Shown here: positions 14,004-26,244 of the stretch, in pieces
Position numbering within the stretch: the stretch's first letter is position 1
How the letters are laid out: each line of letters starts with the position of its first letter
From: Eledone cirrhosa
Lineage: Eukaryota
DNA: 64,000 nucleotides
Assembly: GCA_964016885.1 (NCBI GenBank)
Contig: OZ024758.1
Span: 26,412,001-26,476,000, forward strand
Reading direction: 5' to 3'
Program-made: the position numbers and the translations under genes
Notes under the pieces: generated by a model
Told to the model about the DNA's origin: nothing
The model's input: only the letters and a program-made list of their open reading frames with translations
The model's database searches: none

Positions 14004-14690
14004 CATCATCATCATCACCGTTTTACGTCCGTTCTTCCACGCTAGCATGGGTTAGACGGGTTGTCCTGTTGTGGGCAGTGTCTGGTCGGCTGACCATGCC
14101 TTGCTCATACAGGAACTGATTTGGCTTGATTTCTACAGCTGGATGCCCTTCCTAACACCAACCTCATTTACAGTGAGTGCTGGGTGCTTTTTCGTGGCGC
14201 CTACACGTCCACTTTACAGTGTGGGCTGGGTGCTTTTTCGTGGCACCTACACGTCCACTTTACAGTGTGGGCTGGGTGCTTTTTCGTGGCGCCTACACGT
14301 CCACTTTACAGTGTGGGCTGGGTGCTTTTTCGTGGCGCCTACACGTCCACTTTACAGTGTGGGCTGGGTGCTTTTTTGCCGTGGCACCTCCACGACCACC
14401 TTGCAGTGGGAGAGTGTGAGGGCATATTGTCTATATGCTTCAGCTTGTACCCATGGGAGGTCGGGTACTCTGTATTACTGCGTGACGCCAGAGGTCACGG
14501 TCGTGTGTCATTGCCTTTGAGAGGTGTAATTGGGTAAGGTCGGCTTTTATCACCTCATCCCAGGTCATCTTGGGTCTCCATCAACTTCTAGTGCTCTGCA
14601 CCTTTTTATGCAGCTGTCATCCTTCATACGCATCACATGTCCATACCAGCGCAACCGCCTCTCCTGCACACAGCATTTGATTCCTTTTTT
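14004..14690 (-). mobile_element. RTE LINE 3' fragment (second subfamily; tail shared with SINE S1)
   Basis: Minus strand encodes IKCCVQERRLRWYGHVMRMKDDSCIKRCRALEVDG (RTE C-terminus), followed by a 3' UTR containing ~5 x 46 bp repeats and the S1-type tail with (ATG)n. Confidence 0.85.
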
Positions 14691-14758
14691 GGGTATTAAA
14701 TATTTACTATGAACTAAGTATGAAGAAGAGGTAAGGCTTCCCACAAAATACCATATAT

Positions 14759-14946
14759 TAGGGGTTCCGCTAAACTGGGTTTGGCGGAACCCAAGGTTTC
14801 CACAAAGGGGTGTCTGGGGTTCGGTGAAAAAAAGTAGAGGAGTATATTCATATTATGACCATATAACAGTATTAAACTTTTTGGGTTACCCCAAAAGTTT
14901 CTGAACCAAAAAGGGTTCCGTGTTTGAAAAAGTTTGGGAAACCCTG
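14759..14946. mobile_element. hAT-like MITE
   Basis: TAGGGGTTCCGCTAAACT...AAGTTTGGGAAACCCTG imperfect termini with internal GGGTTCC/GGAACCC motifs. Confidence 0.55.
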
Positions 14947-16629
14947 CCATATATACTCAAATATAAGTTGACCCCCTATTTTACGTCTGAGAAATAGGCA
15001 ATAATCTAAACCCTGTGTATAAACCAAGGCAGCTAATCACAGCATAGTTACGTCCCTTTACGATCTGAGTTCAAATCCCGCTGAGGTTGACTTTGCCTTT
15101 CATCCTTACAGGGTCGATAAAATAAAGTACCAGTAATGCACTGGGTAATTGCTGGCCTTGTGCCTAACGTAGAAACAATTATGTTAAATCCCGCCGAGGT
15201 TAACTTTGCCTTTCATCCTTACGGGGTCGATAAAATAAAGTACCAGTAATGTACTGGGTAATTGCTGGCCTTATGCCTAAAGTAGAAACAATTATGTTAA
15301 AATGGTGTGGTTTTTAAATTCTTATGAGAATGTCTTTACAAAGTTTTAATATTTTGGTATTTAAAATGCTTTAAATGTTGCTAAGAATATAGTTTTTGTT
15401 TTACAATTTGATTATGTAATGATTTTTTTACCAATTTCCTTTCGATTTGAAACTTGTGTAATATTTTCCCCTAAATTGAAACTGGTGTAATATTCACCTT
15501 CAAAGCGAAAATATTTTAATACCTCATTCACATAAAAAATTTGGCTAAAATCTGTAAAATATTGGCCTCAAATATAAGCCGTCACCCCCTTTACCATCGA
15601 TATTTTTATCCGGTTGTATACAGTAAATATGCTTAATATGACAGTTAAAAACAAATTTTTTTTTCAAACCTAGAAGCTGATCATGCCAGAGCTTATCTCA
15701 GTTTAAGTGGTGTTAAACCACTAAGATTTAAATCTGGGATGACAGTTTGTCACAAGGTTAAACACCTCTGTCCCCTCCCCCAACGACACACCAGTTGCTG
15801 CTGGTGGTACTCACCCTCCCCCCTTTTCAGCTGGGTAGAATGGGGTAGCCTAAAATGAAATGCTTTGCTCACGAAAACACAAATCATCACTTGGTCTAGC
15901 GATTGAATCTATAACCTTACAAACATGAGACCAGCAACTTAACCATTAAGCCAATAAAAAATAGAGTGGAAAGATGAAATAATGAAATGAAATTTCAAGA
16001 GTCTCATAAAATATGATGAACAAAATATAATTAAAGTTTTTATTTCCTTACACTAGCTCAAAGGTCACATTTAATGGGAAAGCTTTTTCCTTTTCTGATC
16101 TGGTGGAGTTGTAGAGGTGTCTCTCGGACATTTTTAAACCTAGCAGAGCCCATCTCCTCTCTAGGTTTGAACACAATCGGTTTCTTCCAAAGAAGGGGAG
16201 AGAGAGCGGGGAGGAGAGTGATAGAGAAGAAATGAGAAAAAGTTATAGAGAAAGAATCGACTCCAGTACTAGACCGGTTTCTTTTTTTATTGACCTCGAA
16301 AGGATGAAAGGCAAAGTTGATCACAGCGGGATTTGAACTCAGAGACCCAGAACAAATACCACAAAGGATTCTAACCAAAGTTCTACCAACTCTACTAATT
16401 TGCTGTCCTAGAAGGAGAAGTTTAGTCAATCTAATCAACACACAGTACTTCAATGGTAACTACTTATGTTAGTGGCAATGGAAGGATGAAAAGCAAAGTC
16501 AATCAATTCAAGTAGGGTTTGATCTTAGAATATCAATTAAATACTATAGGGATTTTATTTGGTGTTCTACTGATTCTTCCATTCACCTTTCTTTACAAAT
16601 AAACTTATATAGTGGAGGCACTTATATAT

Positions 16630-17023
16630 GGAGGCACATGGCTTAGTGGTTAGAGCATTGGCCTTGCAATCGAAAGGTTGTGAGTTCAATTCTCAGACCG
16701 GGTGATGTGTTGTTTCCTTGAGCAAGAAACTTTATTTCACATTGCTCCAGTTTGCTCAACTGTAGAAATGAGATGATAGGGACTGGGGTCCCTATCATTC
16801 CACTGCAAAGTGGTCGTGGAGGTGCCACGGCAAAAAGCACCCAGCCCACACTGCAAAGTGGACGTGTAGGCGCCGCGGAAAAAAAGCACCCAGCCCACAC
16901 TGTAAATGAGGTTGGTGTTAGGAAGGGCATCCAGCTGTAGAAATCAAGCCAGAATCAGTTCCCGTCCCACCCTAGCAAGCAGGGAAAAGCGGACGTAAAA
17001 TGATGATGATGATGATGATGATG
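16630..17023 (+). mobile_element. SINE S1, full length (tRNA head + CORE-like domain + RTE-derived tail)
   Basis: A box TGGCTTAGTGG, B box GAGTTCAATTC, CORE-like block, tail and (ATG)n. Other copies at 21191-21543(-), 26395-26650, 29399-29708, 30194-30528(-), 40663-41046, 48769-49028(-), 56944-57280 and 63881-64000(-). Confidence 0.9.
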
Positions 17024-17024
17024 A

Positions 17025-17377
17025 CAGTGGAACCTTGGTTCATGAACTTAATTTGTTCGTGAAGGACATTCGTCACCCGAAATGTTTGTAAACCGAAACT
17101 ATTTTTCCCCATAGGAAATGTTGAGAGAGAGAGAGAGAAACACAGTGAGAGAAAGAGAGACTGTGTGTGAAAGACAGATAGATATTACCATAGTAACTAA
17201 CTACACAGCAAGTGACACTTTCCCACCGATACTCAGAGCTTGTCGTCAACCATTGTAACCAACTTGCGTATCCGTTACTCGAGATACCATTTATCATCCG
17301 AAATATTTTATGTTCGGAAAAATTGTTCCTCAACCGAATTATGAGATGAGAGGCGTCCATGAGCCAAGGTTCCACTG
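17025..17377. mobile_element. pogo/Tigger-like MITE
   Basis: TIRs CAGTGGAACCTTGGTTCATG / CATGAGCCAAGGTTCCACTG. TA on the right; the left flank is occupied by the SINE (ATG)n tail. Confidence 0.8.
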
Positions 17378-17741
17378 TATATCAAATAAGAATGAAATAA
17401 AAAAAACCTAAGGCAAACAATGGCTTCATTAGTTATTGTCTTAGGACACACTTTTGTTTTTTTTATTATTCTGAATATATTTACATAATTTAAATCTTTA
17501 TTGTAGTTTTGTTTGTGGTAGATGTTCTGATATTGTGTGCCTGTCCTATCTACTCCACCTTCCTTACTGAATTATAAATGACCTCTAAGAAACATGGTCA
17601 GCTGGTAGTTAAAAATATGAAAAGAAGCAATAAAAAAGAAATCAATCAAAATAAGGCAAAGGTGAAGAGGCATTCAGGCAAAAATGACACTAAGCTACCT
17701 TCTGACATGATATATGACCTATGTCTCCACCTCTTTCTTTA

Positions 17742-19035
17742 CACCACCTCCTCCACCATCATCACCAATACCACTACCATCACCACTACCACCATTATCA
17801 CCACAACCGCCACCATTATCACCACAACCCTTACCAACATCACCACCACCACTACCATCACCATTATCACCACAACCCTTACCGCCATCACCACCACCAC
17901 CACCACTACCACCACCATTATCACCACAACCCTTACCACCATCACCATCACCACAACCACCACCATTATCACAACCCTTACCACCATCACCACTGCCATC
18001 ACCACTACCTCCACCACCACCATCACCACAACCACTACCACCATCACCACCATTATTACCACAACCACTACCATCACCATCACCACAACCACTACCACCA
18101 TTATCACCACTACCACCACCACCACCACCACCATCACTACCACCATTATCACCACTACTACCACCACCGCCACCACCATCACCTTTACCACACCATCACA
18201 CACCTACACACACACATTTCAGTACAGCTAAAGTCACTTAATTCTTTCATTTTTTTTTCTTTACCTCCCCCTTGGTCCCTTCTTTAAGAGCTTCTGGCAG
18301 TATCGGTAGAGGTTCGGACGCCATGCTTTGACGCATAGAGTTACGGCCCTTGCCATTCTGAGTTCAAATCCCGCCGAGGTTAACTTTGCCTTTCATCCTT
18401 ACGGGGTCGATAAAATAAAGTACCAGTAATGTACTGGGTAATTTTCTGGCCTTGTGCCAATAGTAGAAACAATTATGTTTTTAGTATTGTTTTTGAAATT
18501 ATCTGTTCCCCTTTTCTCATCATCCATCACCACCACCACCACCACCAACATCACTACCACCACCACCACCATCATCATCACCACCACCAACACCATCACC
18601 ACCACCATCACCATCACTATCACCACCAACATCATCATCACCACCACCACCACCACCATCACCACCAACATCACTACCACCACCACCAACATCACTACCA
18701 TCACCACCACCACCACCAACATCATCATCATCATCATCATCACCACCACCACCACCACCACCACCACCACCACCCTCACCACCACCACCACCACCAACAA
18801 CAACAACACTATCAGCAACAGCACCACCAACACCACCACCACCCCCAACACCAACATCATTACCACCACCACCACCACCACCACCACCACCAACATCACT
18901 ACCTCCACCACCACCACCAGCAGCAGCAGCAGCAGCAGCAACAACAACAACAACAACAACAGCAGCAGCACCACAAACACTATCACCACCAAAACCAAAC
19001 AGCACCACCACCACCATCACCACAAACACCACCAC
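17742..19035. repeat. Two imperfect (ACC)n/(ATC)n trinucleotide arrays (17742-18190 and 18525-19035)
   Basis: Low-complexity trinucleotide tracts, open in several frames (poly-T/P/H). Confidence 0.95.
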
Positions 19036-19534
19036 CCATGCCCATTTTCTCCTCCCCCTCTCCTCCCCTGTTCTTCTCACAATGTTCTCCTCTCCCTTTC
19101 CCCCTTCCTTCACAGGTCTTTTCACTTCAAGATTTGCCCTCATTTCTTTTCCTTTCCACCCCCACCCCCATCCTCCCCCCATCCTATCTAGATCTTCCTC
19201 TTTCCTGCTTTCATTAAGCAATGTCTCCTCTTTATTATACACATAACACAACACAGCAATCAATTGTAATTCAGAATCATCTCACAACATTTTACAACTC
19301 TTAGCTGAAGATATAATCTCCAATGATTAAGGGCCAGTGAGTGGACAGGGTCCAGTCTAAGTGGACTGACTGCTAACAAAGAAACAAAGACAATATTACA
19401 TTCTCAAGTGTCCCATGTGATTGTGTGTCTGTGTGCATGCATGTATATGTGTGTGTGTGTGTGTGAATGAGTGTGAAAAAGAAAAAAGAAGAGAAAGATG
19501 GGAGGGGTAGGTGTATGTATATGTGCATATATAT

Positions 19535-19743
19535 ATAGGAAAATGTTAGACCCCGACGGCAGAGCTCAAGCCGTTTCGACAGCTATTTCTGGAGTAGTCT
19601 GGAGTAGTCCAGAAATAGCCGTCGAAACAGCTTGAGCTCTGCCGTCGGGGTCTAACATTTTCCTATTTCCCACTCTACTACCCTAAGTATTGAGTACTCT
19701 GGTGTGTTATGGTCCATTTGGTTCCTGACCACACCTCCTCCGT
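19535..19743 (+). mobile_element. (TA)n-embedded fold-back element, family C (putative Penelope-like pLTR derivative)
   Basis: Inverted arms 19535-19593 and 19608-19666, then a unique tail with TGAGTACT ending at (TA)n. Same architecture at 22236-22428, 39926-40120 and 31282-31418; degenerate at 22870-22990, 31600-31820 and 41337-41385. Confidence 0.7.
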
Positions 19744-19754
19744 TATATATATAT

Positions 19755-20043
19755 ATATATATGCGAGTCCCAGGTCCAATCCGGGGTAACCACAGTAAGT
19801 AAGGTACTCAATACATTAGTAGAGTGTATACAACAAAATTTAATATAGAAATGGCTTCTACAGGACTAGAATTGTTTCATTCGAAGGAAATCATCAGGAA
19901 AAGCTTTTCCTTCGAATGAAACAATTCTAGTCCTGTAGAAGCCATTTCTATATTAAATTTTGTTGTATACACTCTACTAATGTATTGAGTACCTTACTTA
20001 CTGTGGTTACCCCTGATTGGACCTAGGACTCGCATATATATAT
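19755..20043. mobile_element. (TA)n-embedded fold-back element, family B, with hammerhead-like core
   Basis: ~136-bp near-perfect inverted arms (19755-19890 / 19906-20043). Minus strand reads CTGATGA TTTCCTTCGAAT GAAA CAATTCTA. A single-orientation copy lies at 47117-47240. Confidence 0.7.
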
Positions 20044-20245
20044 AGTTAAATGAGATAACAAGGACGATTGGTTATTCCTTCATTACATTTATTGGTTGGT
20101 GACGCGCGTTTCGCCACTGATCAGCTCAAGGTTCGATCTGTATCGATCTGACTTGACTCTGTAATCCTAAACATCGAGTGCTCACCCCAGTGAACCTAGA
20201 GTAACTCCAAATTACACTCCCTATATATATATATATATATATATA

Positions 20246-21125
20246 TCATCATCATCATCATCATCATCAGGTTTAGCGTCCGTGTTCCACGCTTGCATGG
20301 GTTTGGACGGGGGTTTTCCCACTTGAGGCAAGAGTGGTTGTCTTGCTCGCATAGGACTGTCTGGCGGGTTTTCTACGGCTGGATGCCCTTCCTAACACCA
20401 ACCACGCTTACAGTGTGGACTGGGAGGTTTTTACCGTGTTGCCTACACGGCCACATTACAGCGTGGACTGTCTGGCGGGTTTTCTACAGTTGGATGCCCT
20501 TCCTAACACCAACCACATTTACAGTGTGGGGCTGGGAGGTTTTTACCGTGTTGCCTACACGGCCACATTACAGCGTGGACTGTCTGGCGGGTTTTCTACA
20601 GCTGGATGCCCTTCCTAACACCAACCACATTTACAGTGTGGGGCTGGGAGGTTTTTACCGTGTTGCCTACACGGCCACATTTACAGCGTGGACTGTGTGT
20701 TTTTTGTCGTGACACCTACACGATCTCATTTGTTTCGGCCTGGATGTTGTGGGACCAACATAACTTTACATTGAAAGGGGCGGTGTGGGTGGGGTGGAGG
20801 TGGTGGGACGGGGGTGTGTTTTGATAGAGGTGCCTACTGACTGTAGTAGGTTTTTACTTTGTATTTAGGTAAGGCGGGTCTTCTCTATTACTGAGTACCG
20901 CCAAAGGTCTCGGTCCAGTGACATTGTCTTGGAGAGGTGTAAGCGTGTGAGGTCGGAATTTATCAGCTCGTCCCATGTTTTTCTGGGTCTGCCTACTCCG
21001 TGGCTACCGTCTATCTTTATTGCCCTGCACTTTGTTATACAGCTGTCGTCTTTCATGCGCATCACGTGACCGTACCAACGTAGCCTTCTCTCGAGTAAAC
21101 AACATCTGATCCCTCTTATTTCTAA
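20246..21125 (-). mobile_element. RTE LINE 3' end (ORF C-terminus + 3' UTR)
   Basis: Encodes RRLRWYGHVMRMKDDSCITKCRAIKIDGSHGVGRPRKTWDELINSDL...DRDLWR (typical RTE end), then a 3' UTR with 3 x ~112 bp repeats and (ATG)n. Confidence 0.9.
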
Positions 21126-21546
21126 TTTTTAATTATATATATATATAAATAATTAACAAATATATTGTCTTCAAAAAACTCAGATTCATTTCATCATCAT
21201 CATCATCATCATCATTTCATTTTACGTCCGCTTTTCCCTGCTTGCAAGGGTGGGACGGGAACTGATTCTGGCTTGATTTCTACAGCTAGATGCCCTTCCT
21301 AACACCAACCTCATTTACAGTGAGTGCTGGGTGCTTTTTTGCCGTGGCACCTCCACGACCACTTTGCAGTGGAATGATATGGACTCCAGTCCCTATCATC
21401 TCATTTCTACAGCTGAGTAAACTGGAGCAATGTGAAATGAAGTGTCTTGCTCAAGGAAACAACACATCACCCGGTCTGAGAATTGAACTCACAACCTTTC
21501 GATTGCAAGGCCAATGCTCTAACCACTGAGCCATGTGCTTCCAGAT

Positions 21547-21578
<32 letters not shown>

Positions 21579-22426
21579 CATACATACTTACATACACACA
21601 TACATATATATATATAAACAGTATGATCAAACCCATATATTAGGTCTGAAAGTATAGTGCTGAAACTGCTATAGATCAGTCAATATATCAATATGATCAA
21701 CCCTCCAAAATTATCGTAAAACAATGAATGAGATATGTAAAATAACTTGCCTTTGTTATCATTGTTAAGTAATTGTTTCTACTTTTGGCACAAGGCCAGC
21801 AATTATCCCTTTATTTTATCGACCCCTGTAAGGATGAAAGGCAAAGTTAACAACATGTAACATATATATCTAAAGTCTAAAGTCTGTCTTAAGCCAGAGG
21901 GCTCATTTGGCCGGTGCTTATCTCGGTTTCATGGCGTGAAACGACTGAGAGTACAAGACTCTCCCTGGACAGGACACCAGTCCATCGCAGGGTTAAACCT
22001 CCAACTATTGCTGGTACTCATTTCCAGCTGAGTATACTGGAGCAACGTAAAATGAAGTGTTTTGCTCGGAGATTATATATCACAATAAGAAGAGCACTCA
22101 GACTATAGGGTGAGTTTGGTATGAAGTTACTTCCACAACATATTAGCAAACCATCTTCAAGGATACGTCTTTCATCCAACGGATTTTCAACTGGAGTTGT
22201 GGAACTAACTTCATATATTCATATATATATATATATGGGAGAAAGTATGACCCCGACGGCAGAGCTCAAGCTGTTTCAACGGCTATTTCTGGACAGAAAT
22301 AGCAGTCGAAACGGCTTGAGCTCTGCCATCGGGGCCATACTCTCTCCCATTACCCACTCTACTACCCTAAGTATTGAGTACTCTGGTGCGTTATGGTCCC
22401 TCTGGTTCCTTACCACAACTCCTCTG

Positions 22427-22462
<36 letters not shown>

Positions 22463-22648
22463 GTTTGTTGGTTCACCACTGGATAGAACTGGTCATTCCG
22501 TATGGTCAACCTTGATGTAATATTAGGGAGAGCACTCGACGTCATGCAACTGACCCGTCTTCGTTTGTGTTGGTGGTGGTGCGAGTACGGAGTTAATTAT
22601 TATAAAATAACAGGCGGCTGGACTGGTGTAATTCCTTAAAGGTTTATT

Positions 22649-22706
22649 ATACTATGAACATTTCAATGACTGGGTTCAGTATGAATCCGGTGACATCATC
22701 AGGTAT
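22649..22706 (-). ncRNA. Minimal type I hammerhead ribozyme motif
   Basis: Minus strand: ATAC CTGATGA TGTCACCGGATTCATACTGAACCCAGTCATT GAAA TGTTCA TA GTAT, then AATAAA. Stem I ATAC/GTAT, imperfect stem II, short stem III. Confidence 0.7.
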
Positions 22707-23208
22707 TCAAAATTTAACAAAGGAATATAATCCATGGAGCTGAAAAGGCAGAGAGACAAGAAGGCGGCCACACATTTAGCAGTTTCTAGTTCGGCCGGCC
22801 ACCCTCAATATAATATATATATCAGGATTTTGCCAGTTTTTATACTAGTAAGACCATTATTCAGTATTCCACACTTGGGATAGTAGACTGTAAATATATT
22901 AGAGAGTTGGACCCTACAGCTGAGCTCCTGCTTTCATCAGCAAATTCCAGATTCTGGAATAAGCAGTCAAAACAGCAAGAGCTCCATTGAGTTCTGGCTC
23001 TATATTATATATTATATATATATATATATATATTACTGAGATAGAAACTTCATCTTTATTAACAGACATATATTGTAAAAGTATTAGAAATATTTATTTT
23101 TAAATTGAAGTAATATAATTTATACAGTAAATTATATAAAATTCATTTATCTAAGGAATATATTTTCATATGTGCCAAAGATAATCTTGAATATATCTAA
23201 CTAAATAT

Positions 23209-23298
<90 letters not shown>

Positions 23299-23359
23299 TC
23301 ATACACACATGCTCACACACTCATACACATATATATATAGACACACACACACACATATA

Positions 23360-23393
<34 letters not shown>

Positions 23394-23999
23394 CAAATAA
23401 AAAGTATTGCAGAAAACTCAGTTGATTTTTACCATTAATAACATGAAAAGCATCTATCTTCAAAGGAATGAAGAATACATAATTTTTTTTTTCTATGAAT
23501 GATCAATGAAAATATTGTTTAATGTAGAGGAAAAAAATAGTCAAAACTCTTTATAGTGTGATTCTTGAAAGAGCAAGATAAAATCATGATTGTACAGAAA
23601 ACTGGGGAGAAATAATGGCTCAGGGAATCTTTTTATTTTTTTTATTTTTTGAATGTGTCTGAATGTATAAATGGTTATGAAATTTGCTTCACGGTGATGG
23701 CATCGAGACCACTGCACAGCGCCTTTGTCTCTCTCACAGTTTTGAGTTAACCCAATTCTTTTTATTTTTAAGTGAATATTGTGATTATATAACACTAATT
23801 TATATTTTTAATTAGCTAATAAAAAAAATTATAAACATAGATGATCAGACCTGTCAACTCTCCCCGTCCCACAGGGAGATCTCCCACCCACTTTAAAGTG
23901 TGAGAGCTGTCTTCTCTTGTAACAATGGGTACAGCTTACATTATGTAAAATCACCCCATTTTTGGGCACTTTTTTTCATGGTACTCCCTGTTTGGGTTT

Positions 24000-24181
24000 T
24001 TAGAGGTTGGCAGGTCTGGAAGTTTGGCTTCGTATTGAAATAGTCGAACAAAGTTTATCAGTGAAATTAGCTTTACAATAACTACCCAGAGGACCATTAG
24101 TTGGATTGTAACTGCAACCCAAAGAGCCAGCTTTGTCACACACAGTGTATGGTACTGATTCTTCTGAGAGGATTACATTAA
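24000..24181 (-). CDS. Possible terminal coding exon, Cys-rich peptide of unknown family
   Basis: Acceptor TTTTCTTATATATATATATCAG at 24182, then an open frame NVILSEESVPYTVCDKAGSLGCSYNPTNGPLGSYCKANFTDKLCSTISIRSQTSRPANL* in non-repetitive sequence. No homology recognised. Confidence 0.35.
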
Positions 24182-24239
24182 CTGATATATATATATAAGA
24201 AAACATTAGTTAATATTACCTGGATAATGTGCAGTTATA

Positions 24240-24927
24240 TCTTAACTATAATAAAGTAAGGAGTGTGGGACTGCGTCCAGAATATAATTTTTTATCCCGT
24301 TTGTAAAATAAGTTGGATTACTTTGAATAAATAATTGTTTCTACTTTTGGCACAAGGCCATCAATTATCAGTACATTACTGGTACTCTATTTTATCGACC
24401 CCGTAAGGATGAAAGGCAAAGTTAACCTCAGCGGGATTTGAACTCAGACCATAAAGGGCCGTAACTCTTTGCTGGAAAGCATGGCGTCTGACCCTCTACC
24501 GATACTGCTAATCCACCAATAAATAATGAATGAATATTACATAATTTATCTGCTAAATTTTGTGACCATTGATTAAATATATTTTATAGCTTATTTAAAG
24601 ATTCACTTCTTTAAAATTTTCAAATGTCAACACTTCCGGTTAGCGGCCGTTATATTATAACACTTATAAAAATATTGCATATATTTCCGTCGCTAATTTT
24701 TTCCTAATGCAGTTTATATATAATATCGTCTTTTTTTAATATATCATGGATTACGTTACTGATTACATAAGACAGTGTAACACAGTCTTTGTTCAATTTC
24801 TGTGTATATTGTCAATTACGATTTTATTTGATGTATCATTTCTACATGTAGTTATATTTGTGTATAATATTAATATACACACTACACATGCTAGTAGAAA
24901 ACCGCCCTAGGGTGGTTTTTCTGCTAG
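24240..24927 (+). mobile_element. Non-autonomous Helitron-like element, interrupted by SINE S2
   Basis: A|TCTTAACTATAATAAAG 5' end; sub-terminal hairpin AGAAAACCGCCCTAGGGTGGTTTTTCT; CTAG|T 3' end. Nested S2 at 24331-24518 with TSD AATAAATAAT. Homologous copy at 49046-49567(-). Confidence 0.8.
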
Positions 24928-25165
24928 TATATATAAAGGCACAAGAAAAGTGGGAAAGCAATGAATCTGTGCAACTGCCAAGAAAGACCTGGGCAGAGGT
25001 TCTGAGAGCAGACCTCAAATAGCCAAAACTGGCAGAGGGGTTTTAAGGAACTCAACAAGTGGAGAGATGTCATGCTGAGAAGGACCCATGCAAGCATAGA
25101 AAAGTGGACATAAAAACGATGATGATTGTATATAAATAAATGTGTGTGTGTGTGTATATATATAT

Positions 25166-25221
<56 letters not shown>

Positions 25222-25403
25222 CGTTTCTGAATTTGTTTAGCAAGATTCTTTATCTGAAAATATGTGTTGAAACCGATATTGTTATACTTTGGGAGGGTCA
25301 TGTTGCTTTCACTTCAATTTATTATAATAAATTTATAAATTTAGGAATTTATAAATTTCCGGTTGGTTGGTTGGTTCCACAACCAGATGATTGTTTATAT
25401 ATT

Positions 25404-25446
25404 GTCAAAGTTCTTTCGTCACACATTCTGTGACCTCTTCAGTGAC
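25404..25446 (-). ncRNA. Minimal type I hammerhead motif in the PLE pLTR (family A)
   Basis: Minus strand: GTCA CTGAAGA G GTCACA GAATG TGTGAC GAAA GAAC TT TGAC. Confidence 0.7.
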
Positions 25447-25643
25447 TGGGGATTCTTTTCTTTGTTTTTGTGCCTCTACTTTGTTCTGTCCTACGCCATC
25501 TTGTTTTTGTGTGTGTTGTGTGCTTAGTTTGCGCATGTGTTACATCCGGGTGTCTCTGTGTGTTTATATTAGTTTATTTATTTGTTTATATACATGTTAC
25601 TGGTTGGTTGTTTGTTCTATGTGCGTGTGTTTTCATTTTGTCC

Positions 25644-26244
25644 TTAATTGTAAGTTGTGATGTTGCTGTTCCATTCATGTTTTCTATTTAATTTTGGTTG
25701 GAGTTCATTTATGTTTATTGCCTCTGTGATTTGTCTAAACATTGCGTCTTTTCTGTGTGTAGATTCTATTTTTATTTCTATGTTCTCTAATTTACCCTTA
25801 TGTTCTATTTTAGCATGTTGGTAGAGTACAGATGATTCTTTACTATCTTGAAGGTCTCGCCAGTGTTCATTTATCCGTTCCCCTACACTACGAGCTGTCT
25901 CACCTATGTACACTATATTCTTATCTCTACATTATCCTTCAGTACATCTTATGCTATATACTACATTTCAAGTTTTACAGTTAATATGGGGGCTTAATTT
26001 ACAGATTATACATTTCTTATCTTTACAGGGAGGTCTTTGAAAAGGGTATGTATTGCTAATAAGTGTTTTTATGGAGGTACCTGGTCTTTCTACTATCTTA
26101 ATATTGAGTTTATGTTTATCTAGGGCCCTTCTAAATTTGTAAGCTAATTCACCTCTAGGGGTTGTATTGATGAACATTACACTCTGGTATTTATTGCTAT
26201 CATACCATGAGTTTATTCTATTAACCTTATTCCTAGTTCTTTCT
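25644..26244 (-). pseudogene. Penelope-like element C-terminal linker + GIY-YIG endonuclease, two in-frame stops
   Basis: One frame reads SWYDSNKYQSVMFINTTPRGELA...PFQRPPCKDKKCIICKLSPHINCKT*NVVYSIRCTEG*CRDKNIVYIGETARSVGERINEH...LYQHAKIEH...RQITEAINI...PKLN. It shows the VVY/YIG motifs, R-x2-EH, Cys/His residues between and after the motifs, and a Cys-rich linker. Confidence 0.9.

Noticed and set aside
16630-16702. tRNA gene
   Set aside because: A and B boxes are present, but the sequence runs directly into the SINE body and recurs in many copies; it is a tRNA-derived SINE head.
17578-19263. His-, Thr-, Pro- and Gly-rich ORFs
   Set aside because: Same trinucleotide artefact; a SINE sits between the two tracts.
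19608-19666. Hammerhead in family C
   Set aside because: It has GTCGAAAC in a hairpin but no CTGAnGA and no stem I in any copy here; kept only as a fold-back element.
25968-25970. In-frame TGA as selenocysteine in the PLE ORF
   Set aside because: It lies just before NVVY, a position not expected to be Cys (likely CGA/AGA->TGA), and a TAA follows 12 codons later, so this is simple decay.
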